Below are positions 11,253-22,307 of a stretch of 64,000 nucleotides of DNA, in pieces (position 1 is the first letter of the stretch; each line of letters starts with the position of its first letter). A program made the position numbers and the translations under genes. Origin of the DNA: Felis catus (Eukaryota); contig NC_058382.1 in the NCBI RefSeq assembly GCF_018350175.1, positions 61,630,001 through 61,694,000 on the forward strand, written 5' to 3'. Below the pieces are notes generated by a model, which worked only from the letters and a program-made list of their open reading frames with translations, was not told the DNA's origin and did not search any database.

Positions 11253-12702
11253 GTGAGCTGGGCAGCCCTGGAGCGGTGGGGGGCCTTCCGCGGGCTGACC
11301 TGGGGCCCCAGCGTTACCCCGGCTCACAGGATCCATAGGCGGTTTTCCAAACCCAAATTTGGCGCTTGGGAATCTGCCAGCAGCCTTCATGCTCTGTTTA
11401 GAGCTACGTTTCAAATCTCAGAGAGGTGGGGCCTGCAGGGCAGTGGCTCAGGCCCTGGTTTGGGTGCTAATTGCAGACCGGAGGAGGGGGTTCCCGGAGA
11501 GCTCCCTCACGGAAGCCACAAGGACAGCCCTCTGAAGGTGGGTGCTGGAGCGTGTGCTTCAGCGCGGGCGATGGCTGCCTGGCCTCCTGGCTTCAGCTCA
11601 GCAGCTCGGGGAACTGCAGTCAGCGGGTAGGGCTCTTGGGGAGCTATGGCTGGCAGTGGGAGGGGCTCGCTACCAGGAAGGCAAGGGCACTGAGCTGCAG
11701 CTTGGCCACAGGCCGCCTCCAGGGAGGGGAAATCCTTGTGATGCAAGGGGCCCCTGAGAACAAGAATGAGTATCCAATTGTTACATGGTTGGCCCCAGGT
11801 GTCCGGTGCCAGGCACTTCCCAGGCGTGTCCCAGTCTCCCCAGGGTTCCACACAAGGCACCTGAAAGCAGACAAAGCAGACCCCTGGGGGGCATCTGAGA
11901 GCCCCTGGGGGGAGGGGCGCTCTGGAAGACTCCTGCTTTCCCAGCGACCCCCAGACCCCCACGCCTCACCTTGATGGTGGATGGAGCTGGGCACCTTGGA
12001 CCCCACCCTCGCGCACAGCTCAGTCAGGGCTGCGTGGTTACTGAAACCTGACTGAGGTTTGAAGGTAGGTAGCACAGGAGAACATCCTCTCACAAAAAAA
12101 TTTAAGGCTAGAACTTAAGGGACGGAGATCAGGGAGGTGCCCAGGTAGCCAGCGGCTGCCCTTCCTGCGTCGTCAGCCCCACAGCCGTGAGAACCAGTGC
12201 TGCTTTGCTTTGTGTGTATTTTCTCACTAAAGCGTGACATGTATGGGAGGGTGGGGAGTATTGGGTAGCTTCTGGAGAGTTGTCTTGGCAGCTCGGGTGA
12301 GCCGTTGGTGCCTTTGTACTGCTAACCGCCTGTAAGCTACGGTGTGGGAGGCGTTGGGAACCATTCCTTGTCTCCATGCTTCCTGTGTCACTTAGCGAGC
12401 CACAGAGCATAGCTAATCACATTGGCTGAAAATGGGCCACCTAAAGCAGTCTGCTGCGTGCAAAGTGCATGAGTGGGACACATTCTTTGGAGGTGGGGAG
12501 GCAGGGCTTCTGCAGAGCAGAAGGCAGCATCGTGTCTGGCGTGGAGGGACAGGCACCAAACTGGGCCTGAGCCGTGTGTGTGGAGGCTGTGAGTCTGTAC
12601 TTGCTGAGCAGAGGCTCTGACCAGCCCCCAGCGCTCCCTGAGTGGAGGGTGGGGATTTGGCGCCCACTTCCCAGATGTCCGTTTGTCCTCTGCCTCTCAC
12701 AG

Positions 12703-12849
12703 GCCTGGCAACTTGACATGGAGGCCTTGAGAGGAAGACACAGGTCCTGCAGCCCAGCGAGAAGGCGACCGTGCCGGACCGTGGCCCACCACGAGGCTGG
12801 GTGTGCAGTGGTAGGCTGGCTCCTGGGGTGTGCGGACCCTTTGCCGAGG
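12703..12849 (+). pseudogene. AFG3L1P: AFG3L1 exon remnant (HEXXH zinc motif)
   Basis: GLERKTQVLQPSEKATV[10-nt insertion]AHHEAGCAVVGWLLGCADPLPR|gtcggt; HEAGH has become HEAGC at 12790-12804; 21-nt insertion after the acceptor. Confidence 0.9.
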
Positions 12850-13342
12850 GTCGGTCTCTCTGCCCGTAGCCTCTAGGCCTGGGCGTTTGCCTTACCCAGG
12901 TGGCTTTGTGTGGCCTGTGGTCATGCGGGCACAGTACGTGTCACCGTGGCAGCACTTCTACTTGTCGAGGAATTAATTTAGGTCTAGAATTTGGTCCAAA
13001 AGATTCCTTGGGGGGTGGGTGGCAGAGAGGAGGAGTGGAGTCTGGATGCCAGCCACCTGACACCCAAGAGGTTTGACACTAAATTTCCCTCACTTCTAAG
13101 CTTTGGACCTGGCTCTTCTGGAGCTACTTTGGGGTGGGTAGGGTGGAGGTTGTTTCCATGCTAATCTTTGGGGTGACCGTACCCAGACCTGCTAATTCTG
13201 GGTGGAGCCCAAGAGGCTCCTCTCCTCCCACACCCTTGTGACCGATGGTCACAGTAGGGCAAGTTGGTCTGGGGTGGGACCTGGATGGGGCAGGAGCTCT
13301 GTGTGCGGAGTGACCGGGGCACCTCCTGCCTGTGTCTTACAG

Positions 13343-13549
13343 GTGTCCATCATCCCCCCGGGGGGAGGGGCTCGGCTCTGCCCAGTACTCGCCCGGGGAG
13401 CAGTGTCTACACGCAGGAGCAGTTCTCTGACCACATGTGCACGATGCTGGGGGGCAGGGTGGCTGAGCAGCTGTTTTTTTTTGGGGGGGGGTCACAGGTC
13501 AGGGGCCCAGGGTGACTTGAGGAAGGCCACCCAGAGCGCCTATGCTCAG
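13343..13549 (+). pseudogene. AFG3L1P: AFG3L1 exon remnant
   Basis: VSIIP...YTQEQFSDHMCTMLGGRVAEQLFF...GAQGDLRKATQSAYAQ spread over different frames by homopolymer indels. Confidence 0.9.
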
Positions 13550-13610
13550 GTAAAGGGCAGGGACCCCTGCAGGGTGGGATCCAGCTAGGTTCACCCCCAG
13601 CTCCTTCCAG

Positions 13611-13811
13611 ATTGTGCAGTTTGGGATGAGTGAAAAGCCGGACCACGTGTCCTTCGACTTTCCCCGACAAGGCGAGATGCTGGTGGAGAAGCCGGCTAGT
13701 GAGGCCACCGCCCAGCTCACTGAGGAGGAGGTGCGGTGCCTGTCGGCTCCACCTGTGAGTCGGCTCCGCCTGTCGGCCCCGCTGACCGGCTGCTGAGAGC
13801 AGGTGGAAGAG
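13611..13811 (+). pseudogene. AFG3L1P: AFG3L1 exon remnant
   Basis: [42 protein letters not shown]...; TGA at 13794-13796; the preceding intron is only 61 nt. Confidence 0.9.
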
Positions 13812-13906
13812 GTGAGTGGGGCAGGTCCTGGCTTGGGTTTGGGGCTTGCCTTCGCAGTGCCTGCTGTCCTGGGAGCGGCTGAGTGATAGGCAGCTGTGAT
13901 TTCTAG

Positions 13907-14110
13907 GCGGGCAAGCGGCTGCTGGAGAAGGGCAGACATGGTGAGTTGCTGGGGCGCCGGCCCTTTGCGGAGAAGCCCGCCTACAAGGAGTTTGTGAGAG
14001 GCACCAGCAGCCTGGAGGAGGACACCTCCCTTCCTGAGGGGCTGACGGCCTGGAACCAGGGGCGGGAGGAGGGGGCTGCAAAGCGCTGCGTGCAAGAGAG
14101 CCCAGCTTAG
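13907..14110 (+). pseudogene. AFG3L1P: AFG3L1 terminal exon remnant
   Basis: [53 protein letters not shown]...TAG (14108-14110), with small indels. Confidence 0.9.
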
Positions 14111-17100
14111 CAACCCTGGCTTTGAAAGCTGCTGCCAGAATCACTGGGAAACACCTTAAAACCTGATAAGGGCTAACGAGCATTTTGGATACCTAGAGGA
14201 TGGGGTCCCGAGTCAGAGGGGCGGGCCGTGAGCCGTAACTCCCCTGCCCCACAGGAAGCAGAAGGCACGCCTCTTCCTGGTGGAGCCTTGGGTTTAGACC
14301 TTCATGGGCCTCCCTTGAGGGGAGGGGGGTGATGGGTGGATTTGGTGGGGACAGGTGTGAGTGCTGGTGTCCTTAATCGCCCCAAGGAGCAGAGGCTTTT
14401 GGCTCAGTTCAGAAATTTCACGGTTTAGTGAAGTGGCAGAATTAAGGGAAAAAGCAGCCAGTTACCAAGGGGAAGTGTTGGGTTTGGGTTGGCGGAAGGC
14501 CTGTCAGTGGTTCTGAAGGAAACGCCACACTTCCCACAGGTGCGTGGTTGGGGGGAGGGTCGTGGAGCCATGGGGGGCCCTGAAGCCCCCCCCCCGCCCC
14601 CAGCACCTGGGTGCTGCTCTGAGCTCTCGGGAGGCAGTCTCTCCACCGAGGCCAGCACCCATTCTCAGGGCAGACAGCTTTACTGACCAGGGTGTGTCTG
14701 GATTTAAGTCCCTTCTCCAGCTGGCCGTGTTCCCTGTGACCCCCTTTTGTTAGAATCACAGAGAGGGAGGGTCTGGACCGAGCTGGGGACCTGTGGGTTG
14801 TGTGCAGAGTCCTGCTGTCGCTGCCCCCGGTAACCCTCTTCCTGGTGTTTGGGCGGCTGCCAGACGAGAGGAAGGCCAATTCTGGCTTGTGAGCTCTAGG
14901 CTTCTGTTGCCTTAGACTGTCTGGTTGGTCTGAGAGCGCGGCAAGGGCCCGGCCCGGGGAGAGCTGGGGTCAGGACTGGAAGCCTGGGGTCAGTGGCAGC
15001 ATCCCTGCTGGCCTCCCAGAGTCCTCGGCACCGCGACAGTAAAGGGGTGTCAGCCGCTGCCTCTCAGGGGGCGGGTGGATGTCTGGGACCCCGGTGACAC
15101 CTGCTTGCCTCCCAGCTGTTGCTCCCGGCACCCCGGGTGTGGGGGTGGGGCATCTCCGCTTGCCACACGTGACCTCTGTTCTCTGCTTGGTCAAGACCAG
15201 ACGCTGGGATTTGGTTTAAAAATTTCCGAATCATTTGTTGTGTTTGCTTCAAAAATAGAATTTCCAAGTTGGGACAAGCACTTTCCGTTTTTGTTGTGTG
15301 TAAGACATGCCATCGTTGAATTTTTTTACTTTTCCAGAGCTCACCGTGTCATGAAGTCTCCACTAAACTCAGCCTTCATTAGCTGAGCTAATGGGACCCT
15401 CTGACAGAGGTGGGAGGTGCTCTCCTCAACCCCGTGAAAGCCCCATGATGTCCAGGACCTGGGCATTGGTCCATTTTGGGGCTTGGTGCAGCCTCCCTCA
15501 GGCTCACACCCCCAGCACACGTAGGTGAATCCCAACCCCTGCTGTTTTTTTTTGTCTTGGATACCCTTGCGCTCGCTCCCTCTGGAGTCTCCTAAGCCCT
15601 TTCCTTCACCCCTTCACCCTGTTTGGGCCACCTGGCCACACACTACACAGGCTTTGAGTCAGTTCCTGGGCCCAGGGATGTGGGAGACCTGGCCTAGAAC
15701 CTTCCATCAGGGAGGCTCGGGCTTCCCTCCAGAGAGGCCCGCAGGAGGAACTGCCTGGCAAGGAGCCCTGGGCCTGTTTTCTGGGCCCCTTGTTACACGG
15801 GTAATCAAAAGAATTGGGGTTTGGGCCTCACCCTTGGCCTTCTCCTCACAGGCCCAACCTGCTGGCTGCCTCCTCGTGACCAGTCGCTGCTCTGGGAACC
15901 TGCCTGGGCTCAGAGGCTTGCCGGGGAGCTACCTCGGGCCTCTTCGGGCCTGGGCGTGTGCGTGTGCATGCGTAGGAGGGGATCTTCACTTCTTAAGGAC
16001 TAGAAATCCAGGGCACTTGTCCCTGACACGTGACCCATATAAGCAGCCCAGAGTACAGCACCGAGGAGCCCCCAGTGGCTTCAGCGGGAGAAGGCCCAGC
16101 GAAGTTTTGCTGCTAGGGCAGCTCCCGTACCCTCGACACGCTCTTCTGAGCTCTGGTGTCACCTGGAAAGGAAGAGACACCGGTTGGGCCTTGGGAAGAG
16201 GTGAGATTTTAATCCCAATGTTTGTAAATAAACTCTGCGGAAGCCATAGCAGGAAGGCTAGAGATGGAGGGAAAAGACGCAGGGGGCGGGGGGGCCATGC
16301 AGCTGCCCTGACGGGGTTTGTGTTTAAGCGGACTTCTGGATGGTGCCTGGCAGACATCCTTTGAGTTGGTCCTCCTCGCGTGGAGGGAGCAGGCCTGTGT
16401 TCTCAGCGGGGGACTTGCCTTCAGCTGTGCACAGCGGGCCCAGGGCACGCCCGGGGCTTCCATAGGAGGGCAGGTTCTCCTCCCGCAGAAACGTTTCGGT
16501 GGGAAACGGGTCAGGGCGGGTCGGCCTGGGGACCAAAAGCAGACTTACATATTTATTTTTAAACTGTTCTTGGATTTGCTGTCGGACCAGAAGCCTCTTT
16601 CATCCCTTAGCTCATAAAAAGCAGCATTGGGAGCAGCTGAGCCTGATGCCCTTAAGTTGGGGCCTGGGGGCTGTGCGAGGGCCCCTCATATTCGCAGTCC
16701 CCCTCGGGCGTCTCTACCCCAGGCCAGGACGCCAAGCGGGGGCACAGATGCCGGACTGTGTCCCGCGCAAGGGCAGACCCCGCCCACCCACACAGTCTGA
16801 GGCGGTCGTGCCTTATTTGGTGTTACGAACCACGGCGGGTGGGCTCGGCTGTCACACGGGGACCAAGACAAGCAGGGTCTTAGGGCCTGAGGAGGGGGCC
16901 CTGGTGCCAGCAATGCTCCCTGGGTGGCAAGAAGAGGATGGGACTGAAATGAAGGTGGCATTGTTCAGGACGGACACCCCTACCCACACACTCGGCTGGA
17001 TAGCAGAGCATCCCGCGGGCTGGAGCACGGTGTGGCCATTCCCAGACCAGAACCCTGAGGCCCTCAGGGGGTTTGCAGAGAAGCTGTCTCCGACTTAGGT

Positions 17101-17373
17101 TCCCCTCACCCCACACCCCCTCGGGATTCTTGTGGCAGATGAGAGCACCCCTCCTGCAGACAGAAGTTTCCAAAAGGCCTAGGCCACTCCCACCTCGTCC
17201 TCAGCCATTGTTGTCCGAGACTCAGGGACTGGGACGGAGGGGGACATAAGGCCATTGGGCTGTGCTTGTGCTGGGGCACCCCGAGAACCTGACCCAGAGC
17301 CACATGGGTGGGCAGTGTCCATGGGGTCAGTATTGTCCGGATTTGTCCTGCCTGGGCCCCGGGGCCAGCTGGC

Positions 17374-17531
17374 CTAGTCCTCCTTGGGCCTTTCCACGGT
17401 GAGAAATGTGTCCACAATTGCTGGTTGGCGCTCCTGGTCACCAAGTGGCTGCTTTTCTCGGTTCTGCTCGGCCCTGGTTCGCGTCCAGGAGGGGGAGCGC
17501 AGACAGCCAGACCGGGGTAGTGGGTGCAGGC
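17374..17531 (-). CDS. DBNDD1: DBNDD1 coding exon 4
   Basis: atcag|GC CTG CAC CCA...PKED TAG. Confidence 0.95.
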
Positions 17532-20500
17532 CTGATGGGAACATAAGGGTCAGGTCATTCCTGCAGCTACTGGGCTGGGCCCCCGTGTGCCTCTCACACG
17601 GGGTCTGGCTGCACACTGGGGTCCCCCGGGTGTTTAGAAAACACAGATGCCAGGGCACCAGCCTTGCGGACATGGGGGTCTGGAGGCGGCATGGGCAAGG
17701 GCGTTTGTGATGTCCACAAAAAAGAGGATCTCTGTGCAGCTGAGATCCCACCCTGGCTGTGAACCTGGCCCACAGCATCTGAGCAGTCCGTCACCCTCCC
17801 AGGATGCAGGCTGTACAGTACAGAGCTGGAGCCTGAGCCCCCCATTCCACCCCCTGCCTGCACGAGGTGCGATCAGGGAGAGAAAACGGTCCCTGGGTCC
17901 CCATACCCCCACTGGCTGCGTGGCTGTTTCTGGAGCCCTATGGGTCTTGGGTCAAGGGCAACACTTCCCCAGCAACTGAAGGGGAAACAAAGGGCTGAAC
18001 TGTGGTGCCGGGGTCGATGAAGGCCACCCTGCTTGGCTTAGCCTAACTTGTGAATGATTACATTCACATTTAGTAGATTTCACTTTTTGGTGGGACTATG
18101 GCTTTGGCCTTTTGTTGGCGTTTGGAAAAGAGAATTGAGGAAAACAGGAGGGAAATTCCTTAAAGTTGGGCAAATAGACATGTAAAATGCAAAAATATTG
18201 GGATGCTTGGCTGGCTCAGTTGGAGGAGCATGCGATTCTTGACCTTGGGGTCGTGAGTTCGAGCCCTACACTGGGGATAGAGATTACTAGAAAGAATAAA
18301 ATGCCAAAATATTGAACAAAACGGTACAGTGACAAACACTGATTTTGACACACATGTGAGCAACAGTTATTTTCCGAAATAGGGGTTTGAGGAGAGCTGT
18401 GTTGGGTCGGCTTGGGCCCCAGGACCACCCCACGCTGCTCACTGCGCCCCAACGCCAGCCCACCTGCTGGCGACTCGCTGGCCAGGCTCTCGTCGTCCGA
18501 GTCAGCAAAGACCTCAGCCAGCTCCTGGTCGGACATGTCTGTCAGCTCAGTGAGATCCAGGAGGTCAAAGTGCACCTCCAGGGAGGAGACGCTGCTCAGG
18601 GGCTCTGCGGGGCCGGGCAGGGGGATGGCTCGTCATGGGCGCAGTCCGTCCACCCAAGGCCCCCCATGAGCCCCAGGGAGGAAGAGCTCCGGGTGAAGCC
18701 CTGTGTGGCCAGGATAAGACGGGGCAGACCCAGACACCCCCGTACTCCACACACTCAACCCTAAACACCTTCTGGGGTCCCCCACTTTGCAGATGGTACA
18801 GCCAAAGCCCACAGAGCCGGAGCTGTGAGAGCTCAGCACCACCACCACTGCCACCCTGGATACACCTGGGGCACTGTTTGGACAGGATGGGGACCCTGCC
18901 CTCCATTTCCCAGGGGTTCATGGTCCCCGTGGGACACACGCTGGGCAGGTCAGCTGTACTTACGCCGCCTCTCTGTGACCTGCAGGAGCCCCGGTGCTGG
19001 TATCGGGATGCCCACCTCCTCCTCGGCCGTGGGCGAGTGGCAGCTGTCTCCTGTCCCATGGGCCAGGGTGCCCAGGGCTGCCTGTGGCACCTCAGCCTCC
19101 TTAACCATTTCTGCAACAAAGACGGTGTTACCTGGGAGGAGAGATGGGGGTGGGGAAGACCTGGGTGTTTGGTTCACTGAGCCCCCCTTTGAGGCCCCGG
19201 GCAGTGAGCAGGGTAGCCTTGGGCCTGGATGCCAGACGAGGGCCACTGGGCAGTGGCCTCCTGTGGATGGGGAAGGGGGTGTCCAACAGCGTCCTCTGTC
19301 TCTACTCTTAAGTCCAACCAAGGGTGCAGTGGTCTCTCTAGCATTTCCTTGCCTTTTGGGTCCCTTTGACCCAGAATGGCCCCTGCTGGCCTGCCTGCCC
19401 TCTGTGGATTGACTTTTAAAGTCCTATGCTGTTGTGTTTGAATGCTGAATAACGCATTTTCATAGTAAGAGACTGAGGAGTGTTCCTCCAGATTTGCAGA
19501 GTTGTTTTTTTTTTTTTTTTTGAAAGATGTAATTACTCATGTTTTGCATTTGATGATTTTCTCAGATGAGAGCAGGAGGCCCTGTGGGCAGTCTGCTTGG
19601 TAGAGGCTGAGCCGCTCAGAGATGGGGTCCCTGCCCCCAAGGAAGCACCAACTGCACCCTTCCGTTCCTCGGCCCAACACCTTGTCTTCTCAGCTCACGT
19701 CCCTCCATCCGTACCTCCTACCAGCCTCTCCAAAATGTTCCAGAACCCACCCATCTCCCCCTCCTGCTGCCTGACCTTGTCACTCCCTGAACTCAGCCAG
19801 AGGACCTGTGAGGCACGTCCCTTGAGGCAGCTGGACCCCTTGGTTCCTCCGTGTCCCTACTGTGGCCCCCAAAAGAGTGAACAAATGCCTCCTGACTCCC
19901 CTCAGCAGTGCTCTGCAATGCCCCAGCGTCCGTGCCTGTCCCACGGGGTCAACATTGAGAGCTGGGTGTGCGCGAAGCTACAGGAGCATCTGCCTTGAGT
20001 GTTGCATCTAGGAGGGTCCAGTCGGGCCCCCACTGCCAACAGCTGCCTGTTAGGGGTGGGCCTGTCCCCCCCAACAGGGTGGTCAGCAGCCTGGATGCCA
20101 CCCAGCAGGTCCTGTGGGTCTCAAGGGTTTCCAGCTGAGTGGGGAAGATAATGCCATCCATTCACAGCTGTAGGGCTCTCTGGGTAACACCTTGGCCTCC
20201 TCTTGGAGGATACCACTGTCCTGGGAAGTATAGCTAAGGGGAGATGGGACTGGGCCCTGCCCATGCTGTGTCATCACATGGGGCTTGGAGCTGGATAGGG
20301 GCTCAGGGGATCTGGCTTCCAGCTCTCTGACACATTTGGATTGTGGCTTTGGAATATCCTTGGAGGATACAGTTACACCCACCAGTGTCCTGGCCCTCCC
20401 AGCCCAGCAAGGACACCTTCCCAGCAAGATGGCACAAGAGATGTGATTCAGACCCTGCTCTGAGCTGGGGTCAGCAGGGACGCCTGTCTTGAACCTCCGA

Positions 20501-22262
20501 CGAGCCATCTGAGAATCCCTGTCGAGGATCCTCAAGGAGCCTTTACTCCATGGGACACTGCTTTGTTTCCTTGAGGTGGGGACTACAGAACCCCAGTCCC
20601 TCTCTCTGAGGGTGTGAGTATCCATGGGCTCACATCACGCTGGTGTGTGTGGTCGTAATTCTGAGACACTTCTATACCCATGGCCCATGGTGACGGGTGA
20701 GGCAGGGGGACACAGCAGGGGATGCACATCACACAGATGTCATCAGGACCTTGGCTGCTACTCTGAGTGAGCTGGGAGAAGCCGCCGAAGGGTTTTGAGC
20801 TGAGTAGGATGACATCTACCTCCATTTATGTGAGATGCAGGCCAGGTGGGAAGGATGAAGTCCATAGGTGCTGAGATAGTATGAGGTGGGGGACGAGCAT
20901 CATTACAGATGCTGGGGTCCAGGGGTCTCGGACAGCCTAGCCTGTTGTGCTGACTGTAAGAAGCACATTTTGACAAATTTCAACATCTCTGAAATAACAA
21001 AGCATCTGCGGTCAATGGTATCATGGAGCCAACAGAAAATGGTATCCCTGAATGTTTCAAAGTCATCAGGTGTCTAGTTTTTTATTCCTTTCCATGTCTC
21101 TTGGCAGTTGGGGTGGTCTGTACTCTGTAAACCCTGGTCCTTGGCCTGTGTCAAAGCTGTGGGGGGATGAAAATGCAGAAGATGCAACTTTTGCCATAAA
21201 GGACACTCACTGATCTTTTGTCGGGAAGAATGTAATGGAGATTAAGAGTCAAAATGCCAGGGCAGAAGAGGCCAGGGACAGAGAAGGTTCTGGGCCCCTC
21301 AGAAGGAGCAGGATTGACCTTGGCATGTAGAGTGGTATAGCCATTGTGGAAAACCATCTAGTGATTCCTCAAACGATTATATATGGAGTCACCACATGAC
21401 CCCGAAGTCCCCTTCCTATGCTTATAACCACGATCACTGAAAGCACACATCCACACAAACACTTGCACACGAATGTTCGCTGAAGTATGACAGTAGTCAA
21501 AAGTGGAGTCAAGCCCAGATGTCCATCAACGGATGATGTGTGTCCATCCACACCATGGGATGTTACTCAGCCACAAGAACCATAAGAAGCCATAAGAAGG
21601 GAAGCACCGATGTAGGCTCAACATGCATGAACCTCAGAAACACGGTAAGTGCGAGAAGCCGGTCACAAAAGGCCATGCGCTGTGGTAACGTTTATATGAA
21701 ATGTCCAGAAGAGGCAAATCCATAAAGGGTGGAAAAGTGGATTAGTCAGTCGGTGTAGCGTCTGACTCTTGGTTTTGGCACTGGTCTTGGTCTCACAGTT
21801 CTTGAGTTCGAGCTCCTGACTGGGCTCTGCACTGACAGTGTGCAGCCTGCTTGGAATTCTCTTTCTCCTCTCTCTCTGCCTCTCAAAATAAATAAACATT
21901 AAAAACAAAAAGTGTTTTTTTTTTAACGTTTATTTATTTTTGAGACGGAGAGAGACACAGCATGAACGGGGGAGGGTCAGAGAGAGGGAGACACAGAATC
22001 TGAAACAGGCTCCAGGCTCTGAGCTGTCAGCACAGAGCCCGACGCAGGGCTCGAACTCACGGACCGCGAGATCATGACCTGAGCCGAAGTCAGCCGCTTA
22101 ACCGATTGAGCCACCCAGGCGCCCCAAAAACAAAAAGTTTTAAAAATAAAAAGAGTAGATTAGAAAAGACATAGAAAGTAGGTGGTGGTTTCCAGGAGCT
22201 GGGGTGTGTGTGGAATGGGGAAAGAACTAATGGGTATGGATTGCTTTTCGAATTGATGAAAA

Positions 22263-22307
<45 letters not shown>

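Larger units (their letters stand above)
10743..11369. repeat. Inverted repeat: 207-bp arms (10743-10949, 11163-11369) with a 213-bp spacer
   Basis: Manual reverse-complement comparison gives 205/207 identity. Confidence 0.95.
1908..14110 (+). pseudogene. AFG3L1P: AFG3L1 (AFG3-like m-AAA metalloprotease) unprocessed pseudogene, 3' portion; 5' exons not recognised in this window
   Basis: Nine exon remnants with splice sites translate to AFG3L1/AFG3L2-like AAA and M41 protease sequence: 1908-2042, 2238-2393, 4228-4335, 6159-6327, 11163-11252 (partial; full copy inverted at 10860-10969), 12703-12849, 13343-13549, 13611-13811, 13907-14110. Multiple frameshifts, stops and motif losses. Position next to DBNDD1 matches human AFG3L1P. 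Confidence 0.93.

Noticed and set aside
11000..11338. 112-aa ORF crossing the inversion junction into AFG3L1 sequence as a possible new chimeric gene
   Set aside because: GTG start, the new AG at 11160-11161 is in the wrong phase for the upstream exon, and the neighbouring exons are disabled
13407..14183. 258-aa and 204-aa minus-strand ORFs
   Set aside because: Antisense shadows of GC-rich AFG3L1 exons with no independent protein similarity
15525..16364. 279-aa plus-strand ORF
   Set aside because: Non-ATG start, low-information G/P/L/R-rich translation, no recognisable domain or splice pattern
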